Part shown: in pieces, positions 1-10,313 of the stretch
How the letters are laid out: each line of letters begins with the position of its first letter
How positions within the stretch are numbered: the first letter of the stretch is position 1
Assembly (NCBI GenBank): GCA_963695555.1
Contig: CAVOGR010000001.1
Location: 352,001-416,000, forward strand
DNA length: 64,000 bases
Direction of reading: 5' to 3'
From: an uncultured Gemmatimonadales bacterium
GTDB lineage: Bacteria > Gemmatimonadota > Gemmatimonadetes > Gemmatimonadales > GWC2-71-9
Notes under the pieces: model-generated
Told to the model about the DNA's origin: nothing
What the model saw: the letters and a program-made list of their open reading frames with translations, nothing else
The model's database searches: none
Position numbers and translations under genes: made by a program

Positions 1-2
1 AG

Positions 3-494
3 GGCACCTACCCGCTCCCTGAGGCCGAGCTCGATCGCTTCCTCGTGAAGGTCGTGCTGGACTATCCCGCAGAGGCGGTCGAGCAGGGGATTCTCTCCCG
101 CGTCCTGGAGGGCTTCGAGTCCGACGACCCGAACAGTTTCGGGATCGACTCGGGACTCGATGCCCGTGGACTCGAAGCACTGAGGCGGGCCGCGCGCGCG
201 GTGCGAGTCGAACCAAGCCTCGTTGCGTATGTGACCCGGATCGTGCGCGCCACGCGGACGGCACCGGCCCTGACACTGGGCGCCTCACCGCGGGCCAGTG
301 TTGGACTCCTCAAGCTGTCCCAAGCAGTGGCACTCATGAGTGGCCGGGCCTACGCGGTACCCGATGACGTCAAGCGGTCCGCCAACGCGGTGCTGCGGCA
401 TCGGGTAGTCATGGCCCCCGAGCTGGAACTGGAGGGAGCCTCACCGGACACGGTTCTGGACTCGATTCTGGAAAAGGTGCCAGCTCCGGAATGA
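3..494 (+). CDS. MoxR family AAA+ ATPase, C-terminal part (5' truncated by window edge)
   Basis: Frame from nt 3 reads GTYPLPEAELDRFL...GASPRAS...PDDVK...VLRHR, typical MoxR motifs; followed by a DUF58 gene. Confidence 0.9.
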   Translation, partial: GTYPLPEAELDRFLVKVVLDYPAEAVEQGILSRVLEGFESDDPNSFGIDSGLDARGLEALRRAARAVRVEPSLVAYVTRIVRATRTAPALTLGASPRASVGLLKLSQAVALMSGRAYAVPDDVKRSANAVLRHRVVMAPELELEGASPDTVLDSILEKVPAPE

Positions 495-1810
495 GGTTCG
501 TGCCGTCGCGCCGCTGGCTCATTGTCGCGGCCGGGCTGGCCCTGGTCGCGCCGCTCGGCGTGGTCTGGCCCGCGGCCTTGGCGGCGCTCGTCGTATGCGA
601 CATTGTGTGGCTCATGGCCCTGCTCCTCGATGCGTGGCTGGCCCCCGCCCCGGCACGACTCGACGTCGGCCGCGAAGCCCCACCGGCGTTCTCACTCGGG
701 CGGGTCCTGCCGGTCTGGTATTCATGGTCGCACCCTGGTCGCCGGCCCATCCGACTCCGCCTTCGCGAAGCGCTTCCTGGTCCATTGGCTCCCGCCGGGC
801 CGGGCACACGCGAACTTCGGATACCTCCGGGTACGACAGTGCGGGAGCGGCTGGATATCCGACCCCAACGCCGAGGAACAGGCTCGGGTGGGCGAATTGC
901 TGTGAGAAGTCTGGGTCCGTTGGGTCTCATGTGGCGCCAAGGAGTGCTCGACCGGCCGTGGACGGCGGTAGTGTTTCCGGCGTTGTCCGGCATCCGGCAG
1001 CGAGGACTCCCCGCCCAAGCCTCGCGTCGGCGCGAAGCGGGCCTTCGGAGCATCCGGCGCCCGGGCGAGGGACGACTGTTCGAGAGCCTCAAAGAGTGGG
1101 TCCCCGGCGACGACAGCAGGACCATCGACTGGAAGGCAACCGCACGGCGGCGCAAATTGATGGTGCGGCGATATGAAGATGAACGCCGGCAGCAGGTGCT
1201 ACTCGTGATCGATGCCGGTCGGCTCCTCACCGCCGAGGTCGATGGGGTGGCGCGTCTCGAGTATGCCATCCGCGCGGCACTCCAGTTGGCGCATGCCGCC
1301 GTGGAGCACGACGACAATGTCGGCCTGATGGTCTTTGCCCAGGATGTCGAGTCGTACCTGGCGCCCGCCCGCGGACGCCGGGCGCTGCGCGGTATTCTGA
1401 ACGCGCTTGCGCGCATCGAAGGGCGGCTCGTCGAGTCGGACTACCCGGCCGCCTTTCGGTATCTGGCCACCCGGAATCGTAAACGGGCCATGCCGGTGGT
1501 CTTCACGGATGTCATCGACCGGCACGCGAGCGAAGCCTTTGTGACGCACGTCGGCTCGCTCCGGCCACGGCACCTCCCGCTGGCGGTAATCCTGCGGGAC
1601 CCAGCACTCGAGGGTGTGGCCAGCCGTCGGCCCTCGGACACCCGGGCGGGATTCGAGCGGGCCGCCGCGGAGGAGCTGCTCATGGCGCGTGAAGTGGCCT
1701 TGGGTACGATGCGGGCGCGGGGCGTGCTCGTGCTCGATGTCCCGCCAGCGAGAGCCAGCGAGGCGGTGATCGAGCAGTATACCGAACTCAAGCGACGGGG
1801 CCTCTTGTGA
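491..1810 (+). CDS. DUF58 domain protein (MoxR-associated, vWA-like)
   Basis: FESLKEWVPGDDSRTIDWKATARR motif; 4-bp ATGA overlap with MoxR. Confidence 0.88.
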   Translation: MRFVPSRRWLIVAAGLALVAPLGVVWPAALAALVVCDIVWLMALLLDAWLAPAPARLDVGREAPPAFSLGRVLPVWYSWSHPGRRPIRLRLREALPGPLAPAGPGTRELRIPPGTTVRERLDIRPQRRGTGSGGRIAVRSLGPLGLMWRQGVLDRPWTAVVFPALSGIRQRGLPAQASRRREAGLRSIRRPGEGRLFESLKEWVPGDDSRTIDWKATARRRKLMVRRYEDERRQQVLLVIDAGRLLTAEVDGVARLEYAIRAALQLAHAAVEHDDNVGLMVFAQDVESYLAPARGRRALRGILNALARIEGRLVESDYPAAFRYLATRNRKRAMPVVFTDVIDRHASEAFVTHVGSLRPRHLPLAVILRDPALEGVASRRPSDTRAGFERAAAEELLMAREVALGTMRARGVLVLDVPPARASEAVIEQYTELKRRGLL

Positions 1811-2841
1811 CGGAACGGCGCAGCTTTGCGAGCGACAACAGTGCGGGCGTGCATCCCGCCGTGCTTCAAGCCATCATCGATGCCAATCAGGGGCACGTTC
1901 CCGCCTACGGAGACGATCCCTACACGGCCCAGGCCGTCGCCAGGTTCCAGAGCCTCTTGGGTGAGGGCATCGACGTCTTCTTCGTGTACGGCGGCACGGG
2001 AGCCAACGTCCTGGCGATTCGCGCCGTCACCGAATCGTATCACGCCGTGCTGTGCCCCGAGTCGGCCCACATCAACGTGGATGAGTGCGGAGCGCCCGAA
2101 AAGTTCACGGGGTGCAAGCTGCTCACCGTCCCCACCGATGATGGGAAACTGCGTCCCGACGACCTACTGCCGCACTTGCGCGGATTCGGCGTCGAACATC
2201 ACGCCCAGCCGCGGGTCGTGTCGATCACCCAAGCCACCGAGCTTGGCACCGTCTACCGCCCCACAGAAATCCGCGCCCTGGCGGATCTTGCCCATGCCCA
2301 CGGCATGGTCCTCCACATGGACGGCGCCCGGATCGCCAATGCCGCGGTAGCGCTGGGTTCGAGCCTCAAGGCTACGACGGTTGACGCGGGAGTCGATGTC
2401 CTGTCGTTCGGCGGAACCAAGAACGGCCTGATGGGCGGTGAGGCCCTGATCTTCTTTCGGCGCGAACACGCCGAGGATTTTCGCTTCCTGCGGAAGCAGA
2501 GCATGCAGCTGGCGTCGAAGATGCGTTTCATCGCCGTCCAGTTCGACGCCCTCCTGCGAGATGACCTCTGGCGGCAGAACGCGGAACATGCAAACCGTAT
2601 GGCCCGCCTGCTGCGGGATGCCATGGCCGGCGTGCCCAACGTGCGGATCACACAGCCGGTTGAGGCCAACGCGGTTTTCGCCACCATTCCGTCGCAGCAC
2701 ATCGCAGCGCTTCAGGCGGAGTCCTTGTTCTACGTGTGGAACGAGCAGACGTCCGAAGTGCGGTGGATGACGGCGTTCGACACAACCGAAGAGGACGTCC
2801 ACGCCTTCGCCGCGGCCGCCCGGCGGATTCTCGGGTCCTGA
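1807..2841 (+). CDS. ltaE: Low-specificity L-threonine aldolase (PLP-dependent)
   Basis: FASDN, GTGAN, HMDGAR, SFGGTKNG (PLP lysine) motifs. Confidence 0.88.
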   Translation: MTERRSFASDNSAGVHPAVLQAIIDANQGHVPAYGDDPYTAQAVARFQSLLGEGIDVFFVYGGTGANVLAIRAVTESYHAVLCPESAHINVDECGAPEKFTGCKLLTVPTDDGKLRPDDLLPHLRGFGVEHHAQPRVVSITQATELGTVYRPTEIRALADLAHAHGMVLHMDGARIANAAVALGSSLKATTVDAGVDVLSFGGTKNGLMGGEALIFFRREHAEDFRFLRKQSMQLASKMRFIAVQFDALLRDDLWRQNAEHANRMARLLRDAMAGVPNVRITQPVEANAVFATIPSQHIAALQAESLFYVWNEQTSEVRWMTAFDTTEEDVHAFAAAARRILGS

Positions 2842-3133
2842 TCCCCGCCGGGTCCTCCGGCTCTGGTGCCTAAACAAGCCTTCCGCCCGCCTTCCATACC
2901 TATTCATCCTTGCGGTCGTATGGTGTCCCAAGGTTGCTGCGATCGACGGTTCAGCCCGCACATTTCCAGGACACGGGGTGAGCGAGCCCGGGTCTCGGCC
3001 TCGGTGCCCCCTGTGGCCCAAACCGCCTCTTTCCACCGGCGCTCCTTGGTGGTTACGATTGATGACACAAGCTCGAGTATGGCTCCCTGTTGCCGGACCT
3101 CGATGGTCGAACTCCACCCGAATGGGAACCGCC

Positions 3134-3535
3134 ATGAAAGTCGCCGACCTGATGCACAGAGATCTCGTGACCGTGCCGATGACCGCCACGGTGGGAGAGG
3201 CGATCATTACCCTGGCGGACGCTCACGTGACCGGTCTCCCGGTCGTTGACCGCAAAGGTCTTTTGGTAGGAGTGCTCTCGACTACCGATCTCCTGACGTC
3301 ACTTGCCGAGCAAGGCCGCGAGGGAGACATCGTGCCACTGCTCGATGAGACGACCGTCAGCGAGATCATGACCCCGCGCCCCAAGACGGTTGCCCCCGAC
3401 GTCGACGTGCGCGAAGCCGCCCAGCAGATGCTCTATTTGGGTATCCACCGGCTCTTCGTCGAAAGCGGCGGGGAGCTTGCGGGCATCATCTCCCAGACCG
3501 ACATCGTCCAGGCCTACGCGACCGGGAGACTCTGA
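3134..3535 (+). CDS. CBS domain pair protein
   Basis: MKVADLM...GLPVVD...GVLSTTDL...VSEIMT...GIISQTDI; start taken at ATG 3134. Confidence 0.85.
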   Translation: MKVADLMHRDLVTVPMTATVGEAIITLADAHVTGLPVVDRKGLLVGVLSTTDLLTSLAEQGREGDIVPLLDETTVSEIMTPRPKTVAPDVDVREAAQQMLYLGIHRLFVESGGELAGIISQTDIVQAYATGRL

Positions 3536-3572
3536 GGGGTCGAACCGAGGTCTCAGCCGGGGGGCGCGCCGC

Positions 3573-4262
3573 CTACGGGGTCGCAGTCAAATCGAACACC
3601 GCCGGCGCGCCCTGAAGCACCACGCTTGCCGAGGCCATGACGGTAATCGGCCCCGGTGTCGCGCCGAGCTGCACTTGGGCTGCGGAAATTCCGTTCGCGT
3701 CGGTCTGCGGCGTGATGGAAGTGACGGTAGCCGCACCTGAGGTGACGCTCCAGGTGATGGTCACCCCCTCCAGTGGATTCCGGTACGCGTCTTCCACCGC
3801 GACCTGCAGGTTGGTGGGCAAGGTCGTGTTGACCGCCCCGGATTGCCCGTCGCCCTCGCCCTTCGTCATGGCTGCGGGGGGGCCGGGCAGTGCCGTGGCC
3901 GAGAAGGTCACGGGCGAATTGCTCGCCTCGGTGGCCGACGCCTGGACAGTATACGTCCCGGCAACCGACGGCAGGTCCCACGTGGTCGAGGCAATGCCGC
4001 CGTTCGCGGTTACGGTCGACGTAGGGTTCAACGTGCCGCCCGCCGCGGACCATGTCACGACCACGTCCTCCTCCGGGTTGCCCAACCGCGTGGCGATGAT
4101 TCTGATGGGCGCGAGCCGGGTCGTGACCTGTTCCATCTGATTGTTGCCGGTGAACACGGCAATGGTAATGGGGGGTGGGGGCGCAGACGGGGTGTCCGTG
4201 CCGCACGCCACGAGAACGAGGACGGCGCAAAGACCGGACACGCGAGCGGTATGGCCATTCAT
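3573..4262 (-). CDS. Lipoprotein with tandem bacterial Ig-like (Big_1-type) domains
   Basis: Lipobox LVAC; repeated GNNQ/GDGQ...V(T)WS...TDANG...A modules. Confidence 0.75.
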   Translation of the reverse strand: MNGHTARVSGLCAVLVLVACGTDTPSAPPPPITIAVFTGNNQMEQVTTRLAPIRIIATRLGNPEEDVVVTWSAAGGTLNPTSTVTANGGIASTTWDLPSVAGTYTVQASATEASNSPVTFSATALPGPPAAMTKGEGDGQSGAVNTTLPTNLQVAVEDAYRNPLEGVTITWSVTSGAATVTSITPQTDANGISAAQVQLGATPGPITVMASASVVLQGAPAVFDLTATP

Positions 4263-4670
4263 GGCAATCTCGACGGAGTAGGGAGCATCAGAGGCACGCT
4301 ACCAGCAAACATCGTCCAACAATTCTCAATCAGCAACCCCAGTCGGCGTTGCCTGATTCGATTCTTCGGGCCCCGCCTCCGACGGCGATCCAGGACCGGG
4401 AAACGAAATCCCGATCCGCCGCGTAGGAGTTGTCTACCCGTCCACCGCGAACCGGGGAACCGTAACGAGGCGGCTGTCATTCAGAATGGACGAATCACCG
4501 CGGTCGACCTGCACGTCGGCGGATCAGCCGGGCGCTGGCCCGAAGGAATGCCCCTGTCGGGGAAAGCACGCGGGCCCTTGCCTCTGCTGGATCGGTTGAT
4601 GGAACTTCATGCTGACACGCGGCGGGATACCGGACCGGCCCGCTGCTCCCATTGATAGAGGACAGCGACC

Positions 4671-5078
4671 ATGTCAGACAAGACCGGCAAATCCGATGCA
4701 GAGTGGGCCGAACAACTCACCCCCGAGCAGTATCGGATCACACGGCGGAAAGGTACGGAAGCACCGTTTACCGGTGTCTATTGGAATGCGAAGGAGCACG
4801 GAATCTATCGCTGCGTCTGTTGTGGCAATCCGCTCTTCGCCTCGGACACCAAGTACGACTCGGGGACCGGCTGGCCCAGTTTTTCTGCTCCCGTCAGCCC
4901 GGATGGGTTGTTGACCGAGTCCGATACGAGTCACGCCATGAGACGAACCGAGGTCCTGTGCAGCCGCTGTAACGCGCACTTGGGCCACGTCTTCGAGGAC
5001 GGACCGGCCCCGACGGGCATGCGCTATTGCATCAACTCGGCATCCCTCGAGCTGGACCCGGAACCCGAAGGCACCTAA
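4671..5078 (+). CDS. msrB: Peptide methionine (R)-sulfoxide reductase
   Basis: GTEAPFTG, two CxxC, GWPSF, HLGHVF, RYCINS motifs. Confidence 0.95.
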   Translation: MSDKTGKSDAEWAEQLTPEQYRITRRKGTEAPFTGVYWNAKEHGIYRCVCCGNPLFASDTKYDSGTGWPSFSAPVSPDGLLTESDTSHAMRRTEVLCSRCNAHLGHVFEDGPAPTGMRYCINSASLELDPEPEGT

Positions 5079-5088
5079 TCGCCCGGCG

Positions 5089-6447
5089 CTAGGCCCGACC
5101 GCCCTGCCGCATCACGCTGCCATACGGGTGAAAGCCGGCCCGGCGGATCACGATCCATCCGACGACAACGCCCGCGCCTTGGATGAGGAAGTCGGTGATG
5201 TCCATGTGCCGGCCGGCGATGAACAACTGGCTCAGCTCGGTGAAGGTTGCTAGGTAGATACCCGGAAGGAAGGTTCTGAAAGCGCCCCTCGTCGCGATCG
5301 GCCAGACCGCAAGCAGCGCGCCCAGCGGCAGGTAGAGAAAGAACCCGACCGCAACGTCCACCACGCTAAACACGTCCATCCGCTGCCCGAGCGAGGCCAG
5401 GGGAACCCACCATCGCTCGAACAGGCTCCCGCTAATGATGTGCGGATCGAGTTCGGGTACGAACGGTCGCCATGCCCAAAGGCAGAGGATAAGCCCATGG
5501 ACAATGAGCAGGCCCAGGGGCCGGTGGGCACCCCTGAGCTCCCGCGTCAAACCCGGTAGCCACAGCACGGCCGCCCAGGCCCCCAGCGCCGTACCGAGCC
5601 CGTGCGCCACCAAGGGTCCGACCTGAATCGGTTGCCCGAGAAAGCCGTGGCCCACTTCGGCAAGGAGGAACAAGGCCAGCCCGGCCAGGGACACGCGTCG
5701 GCCGGCCTTGGCGTATGACAGCCCCGTTTCCACCAGGGCTGCAACGGCATAGGCACCCACCGGCAGGAAGAGGACGACGTCGCCCATCGGGATCGGAAGG
5801 ATCGAGCCCGGATCGAAGAGCTCGAGCGCGACGCGGAACCGCCCGAGCGGTCCGCCGTACACATTGGGAAACGCGGTTTGCCGGAACAGCGGAACGAACG
5901 CCTCAGCGAATGCTGCGGCGGCATATGACGCGGCGAAGATGAGTGCCGGAATCCCCACAAATGATTGCGTTCTGCGCCGGGAGCGGATGACGAGCACCAG
6001 GCTGAGCAATACCAGGGCACCGACTGCGCTGCCGGCTGTGTTGGTGACGACGTCGATGACGCTGGCGCGTCGGAGCACCGACCAGAGCTGAAGGCTCTCG
6101 ACGGTAAGGCTGATCCCCGCGCCGGTCATGATGGCGGTGCGGAACGACGCCCACACGTTCGTGGCGGGAGCGGTGACCATCCACACCATGCCCCATCCGG
6201 CAAACAGGGCCACGTTGCGAACGGCGTCCACCGCATCGCTCGGGACGAGGGTGGGATGCAGAGCCCGGGCCAGCCGCGCCGCCACATCGCCCCACGCCGC
6301 ATCGAAGCCAAACGGCGTGAGCGTCGCGAGCAGGAGGACGCCCACGTATGCCAGTCGGGTCGACACCCTCCAGCGACGATGCTGCCCAGCAAGATCGTGC
6401 ACGCAGTCCTCTACTGAGTGACGCGGGTGAACCGCTGAAACTGCCAC
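5089..6447 (-). CDS. Multi-pass membrane protein with VanZ-like domains (start uncertain)
   Basis: NVALF...ESLQLW...RRASVIDVVTNTAG and ELSQLFIAGRHMDITD VanZ-like repeats; many TM helices. Confidence 0.7.
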   Translation of the reverse strand: MAVSAVHPRHSVEDCVHDLAGQHRRWRVSTRLAYVGVLLLATLTPFGFDAAWGDVAARLARALHPTLVPSDAVDAVRNVALFAGWGMVWMVTAPATNVWASFRTAIMTGAGISLTVESLQLWSVLRRASVIDVVTNTAGSAVGALVLLSLVLVIRSRRRTQSFVGIPALIFAASYAAAAFAEAFVPLFRQTAFPNVYGGPLGRFRVALELFDPGSILPIPMGDVVLFLPVGAYAVAALVETGLSYAKAGRRVSLAGLALFLLAEVGHGFLGQPIQVGPLVAHGLGTALGAWAAVLWLPGLTRELRGAHRPLGLLIVHGLILCLWAWRPFVPELDPHIISGSLFERWWVPLASLGQRMDVFSVVDVAVGFFLYLPLGALLAVWPIATRGAFRTFLPGIYLATFTELSQLFIAGRHMDITDFLIQGAGVVVGWIVIRRAGFHPYGSVMRQGGRA

Positions 6448-7211
6448 GGTCCGCTCGGCTCATTCACCTCGAACGGGGTTGCACGCCTCGGAAATACGGC
6501 GTCGAGCGAGGCCGCATCTAAGAACGCCGGGCCCAGAACGCTCGTGGCCACGGCCGGGCCCAAATAGGTGGAGAGCCAGAGCTCGTCGACCAGTGCCGGT
6601 GACCGGTAGAGCGGGAGCGCCGTGGTGGGGCCGGCCTCGATGGATAGGGCTCGAGCTCCCAGCGTCTCGCCTACATAGCGAAGCGCCTGCTCCGCCGACG
6701 GCTTAGCCATCGCGACCACCTGAACATCGGCGGCGGCGGCCCATGCGCCGAGCCGTCGTGCACCCTCACACGAGGTGACGATCATCGGTCTGTTCGTACC
6801 ACGGAAGAGCGGATGCGACCGTGGGAGCCGCTCGCCTGATGTCAGAATGACGCTTCGGGCCGATTCAGTCTTGCCGAGTGATCGCGTGCGCCACTCAGCC
6901 AGGGCATGGCGGAGGGTGGACGGTCCGAGATAGTCATGGGTGAGGCCTCGCTCGCTCCGCAGGATCTTACCCGTGGTCAAAATTGCGTCTGCCCGTGCGC
7001 GGGAGAGGCCGAGCACAAATCGATCGTACATACTCCTGGGAGTGTCCGCGGTGAGCCGTAAAATGCGGTGGCCGCCGAGTGGGTCTCGCCAGACGGCGGC
7101 AATGTGACCCACGCCGGCATGGCTGGAGACGTTCGCGCCGTAGATATGCTCCGAAAGGGTCGAGACGTCCTGCCAATCCCGAACGGTATCCGGTGTTAGC
7201 TGGGGGAGCAC
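6411..7211 (-). CDS. RibD C-terminal / dihydrofolate reductase-like protein
   Basis: DRFVLGLSRARADAILTTGKILRSE, IEAGP, VDELWLS motifs; GTG start at 7211 just after the upstream ATPase stop. Confidence 0.65.
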   Translation of the reverse strand: MLPQLTPDTVRDWQDVSTLSEHIYGANVSSHAGVGHIAAVWRDPLGGHRILRLTADTPRSMYDRFVLGLSRARADAILTTGKILRSERGLTHDYLGPSTLRHALAEWRTRSLGKTESARSVILTSGERLPRSHPLFRGTNRPMIVTSCEGARRLGAWAAAADVQVVAMAKPSAEQALRYVGETLGARALSIEAGPTTALPLYRSPALVDELWLSTYLGPAVATSVLGPAFLDAASLDAVFPRRATPFEVNEPSGPWQFQRFTRVTQ

Positions 7212-7215
7212 GGCG

Positions 7216-9663
7216 TCAGCGGTAAGCAGGCTCGGCGATCCCGCGCTCGTCCACCCGCCACGGGGTCCAGGCCAGGGCGACCTTCCCGATCGCGATGTCC
7301 GCTTTCCGAGGAGTGATCGTCTTCTCGGACACGTCGCTGATTCCCTCTTCCATGGAGGCGCGCACGGCCTCGAGCTCCTGCTCGAGTTCAGCTCCAAGCG
7401 CGTCGAGTTGGGCCTGGAGTTCCTCGACCTCCTGCTGTGCGCGCTCGATATCGCCCTTTTCACGCGCAGCCCGACCGACCCCCCGCGCGGCCGTGCTCGC
7501 CCGTCCAATGGTGCCGATGCTGGCCGCCTTGCGCCCGAAGAGTGCCCCCAACACCGTGGCGCCAACCGAGATGGCCGTCTGGGCCTTGGCCTGTTGGTAC
7601 TGCGCCTCCTGAACCCGGACCTTCCGGTCCGCGGTCTGCCTCCGGGCCTCGATCCGCTCCAACTTGGACGCGTACTGCTTGCGCAGCTTCTCGATCGCTT
7701 CGTCTCGTTTCTCCCTCGATGCCTCCCGGACTTGGATGCCGAAGTCGGCCTCGCTCTCGCCCGGTTGTGACACCAGCTTGAACGGTCGGCATTGGAACAG
7801 CGTGAGTGGGAGGGTCTGATAGAGGTGCGTCTTGTATTTCTTGGCCCAGGACTCGTAGCGCTTGCCTTTGGTTGCCTCGGAGGGCAGGGACGAGAACTCG
7901 ACTTCGTTCTCGGGGTCGGAGAGCAGTTCCGGAGCCCCATTGGGCAGCAGCGCGGCCTGGTCCCACGTATCACTCGGCACCTGGTCTGCCAGTGGGGCGA
8001 GGTGGGCGACGGTCTGCCATTGATCCAGCCCGAGTTTGGCATCGACATAATGGAGGTCGGCCGTACCCAGCAGGGCAGGGCGGTACACCAGTCGGGCACC
8101 GGCGGCCGGGATGGCGACGGGCAAGAAGTACTCGGGGACATCCGGGGCCAGCACGGGCCGGGCCCCGACGGTGCGTGCGATCACGTCCGGTTGCGCTGGC
8201 GTCGCAGCAGGTGCAGTCGCCTTGGCCGCCTGAGCCTCTTTCCGGGGCGCCATGAGGGTCTGGATCTGCGCCCGGGTCAACGGCCCGCGGAGATACGACA
8301 ACGCCCAGCGGGTCTGGAACACGACCGGCACATCCTCATGGACGTTGTTCATGAGGAAGACCCGGCTCTTCAGCCCGGCCAGGACTTCTCCCATGCGCTG
8401 ACGGTCGAACCTGGCTCCGGCCGCGGCGGAGGCGCCTTCCAAACCTTCCAGCACTCGTTCCTTATCGCGCTCGGTTTGCAGCCGGCCGAGGAACCACGTG
8501 CCGGCGTTGGACAGCCCCTTGTAGTCGAGGTCGACGGGATTCTGCGTTGCCAGGACCACGCCGACTCCATAGGCCCGGGCCTGTTTGAGCAGCGTCAGCA
8601 TGGGCGTCTTGCTGGGTGGGTTGGCGGTTGGCGGGAAGAAGCCGAAGACCTCGTCCATGTAGAGCAGGGCGCGGAGGCTCGCGGTTCCTGATTGCGCCCG
8701 CATCCACGCAATGACCTCATTGAGCAGCAGGGTAACGAAGAACATGCGCTCCGGGTCGGACAGGTGGGCAATCGACAGGATGGCAATTCGGGGTTTCCCG
8801 TCCGCCGTCCACAACAGCCGCTTGACGTCCAGCGGTTCGCCCTCGAGCCACCCGGCGAAATCGGGCGAGGCGAGCAAGCTGTTCAGCCTGAGCGAGAGCG
8901 CCATCCGATCCTTGGGCGGGAAGAACGTGTCGACGTCCATGACGCCGATGGTGGTGACCGGCGGCGTCTGGATCTCCCGGATCAGCCGCCCGAGGTCGAG
9001 GTCTCGTCCCTGCCGCCAGGCGGCGTCGAACAGGGTGGACAGGAGGATATGTTCGCGGCTGGTGATGGGGTCTGCATCGATCTTGACTAGAGCGAGGATG
9101 CCGGAGACGGCGGAGGAGATACGATCGCGGAAGGCATCCGCGTCATTCACCAGATCCGGGGCGGGCGCGGCGAAGGACCGCAAGATGTTGAGTGGCAGAC
9201 CGGCGCTGCTGCCCGGGGTGTAGATGGCGAGATCCACCGCGTCTCGAAAGCGCCGCACCCGGGCACCGTCTTGTCCCCATTGGGCCAGGCCCTCCCGCCA
9301 TTGGTCGGCGACCGTGGCGGCGTACGCATCCGGGGAAACTCCCTTGCGTTCCGCCTCACGCTCATCGATCCATGGTCGGAAATCCGCAGGGCGAAGGTCG
9401 GGAAAGCTCAGGAGCAGGTTACCGATGTCGCCTTTCGGGTCGATCGCGATGGCCGGGATGCCATCGATGGCCGCCTCCTCCAACAGGCTCAGACAGAGAC
9501 CGGTCTTGCCGCTCCCGGTCATGCCCACGCAGACTGCGTGCGTGGTCAAATCCTTCGCATCATACAGCACGAGGTCAGGCTTGGTCTCACCGGAAGCCGC
9601 ATCGAACAGTCGACCCAGGTAGAACGAGCCCAGTTTCTCGAAGACACTGGTTTGGTCGGTCAT
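7216..9663 (-). CDS. HerA/FtsK-like P-loop ATPase (DUF87/DUF853 type) with C-terminal coiled coil
   Basis: Walker A GMTGSGKT, IDPKGD, Walker B LYMDE, KQARAYGVG, LATQNP. Confidence 0.85.
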   Translation of the reverse strand: MTDQTSVFEKLGSFYLGRLFDAASGETKPDLVLYDAKDLTTHAVCVGMTGSGKTGLCLSLLEEAAIDGIPAIAIDPKGDIGNLLLSFPDLRPADFRPWIDEREAERKGVSPDAYAATVADQWREGLAQWGQDGARVRRFRDAVDLAIYTPGSSAGLPLNILRSFAAPAPDLVNDADAFRDRISSAVSGILALVKIDADPITSREHILLSTLFDAAWRQGRDLDLGRLIREIQTPPVTTIGVMDVDTFFPPKDRMALSLRLNSLLASPDFAGWLEGEPLDVKRLLWTADGKPRIAILSIAHLSDPERMFFVTLLLNEVIAWMRAQSGTASLRALLYMDEVFGFFPPTANPPSKTPMLTLLKQARAYGVGVVLATQNPVDLDYKGLSNAGTWFLGRLQTERDKERVLEGLEGASAAAGARFDRQRMGEVLAGLKSRVFLMNNVHEDVPVVFQTRWALSYLRGPLTRAQIQTLMAPRKEAQAAKATAPAATPAQPDVIARTVGARPVLAPDVPEYFLPVAIPAAGARLVYRPALLGTADLHYVDAKLGLDQWQTVAHLAPLADQVPSDTWDQAALLPNGAPELLSDPENEVEFSSLPSEATKGKRYESWAKKYKTHLYQTLPLTLFQCRPFKLVSQPGESEADFGIQVREASREKRDEAIEKLRKQYASKLERIEARRQTADRKVRVQEAQYQQAKAQTAISVGATVLGALFGRKAASIGTIGRASTAARGVGRAAREKGDIERAQQEVEELQAQLDALGAELEQELEAVRASMEEGISDVSEKTITPRKADIAIGKVALAWTPWRVDERGIAEPAYR

Positions 9664-10037
9664 GGTAGTTCCCACGAACTCCGCTGGAGTGGTGTTTCGG
9701 TCTGCACGGAACAGGTCTGAGGCTAGTCGAAGATGCGATGCCTGGCCAGTCCCGAGAGCTATGCCCTGACGAAGTGACATCGCGGAGCGGCCTGCCGGGC
9801 CGGTCGAGACCCGGCCGACTGGTCCAACTGTATTATTTCATTACGAATTCTCTTAGGATTCTCTCCGGTACCAGCCTTCTAAGCTATTGTCAGATAGCAT
9901 TTTATAGAGCAACCCACCACAAGACCAACGGTAATGTGTCAAAAAACTCAGAGTTGCCACAAGGGCCTGCATTCGCCAAGTTGCCGGTCCTTCCTCCTTG
10001 TCTCAAGGGGAATAGCCAAATCCGGAAGGAGTCATCG

Positions 10038-10313
10038 GTGAGAACTGCTGGGCTGCGGAATGAGCGCGGAGTGGCCTTAGCCATCGCCGTCGTCAGCCTG
10101 GTCCTCATCGGAGCCTTACTCACCACCACGATCTGGGTCGGTCGGCAACGGCAAACATCCGCCGTTGCCCCGGCTCGGGTCCTCGATATCGGGATCGAAG
10201 CACTCGCCCCCGTTCCCCAGGCCCGCTCGGGTCAGCTCGACAGCCTCACCGTCGGGGGAACGGTGGAACCGCTCACCGATTCAGCGCGGCCAGCGTCTCC
10301 TCGAGATCAGTGA
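10038..10313 (+). pseudogene. Short PilX/PilK N-terminal-like gene, probably a truncated remnant
   Basis: AAGGAG RBS then GTG; LRNERG-VALAIAVVSLVLIGALL prepilin-like N-terminus; only 91 aa and overlaps the convergent FprA gene by 41 bp. Confidence 0.45.

Noticed and set aside
4263..4670. Gene or ncRNA in the 400-bp gap before msrB
   Set aside because: No frame with a convincing start, codon bias or motif, and no recognisable RNA family.
7212..8141. N-terminal 310 aa of the 576-aa ORF 6411..8141
   Set aside because: It is an alternate-frame overlap with the ATPase; the real gene starts near 7211.
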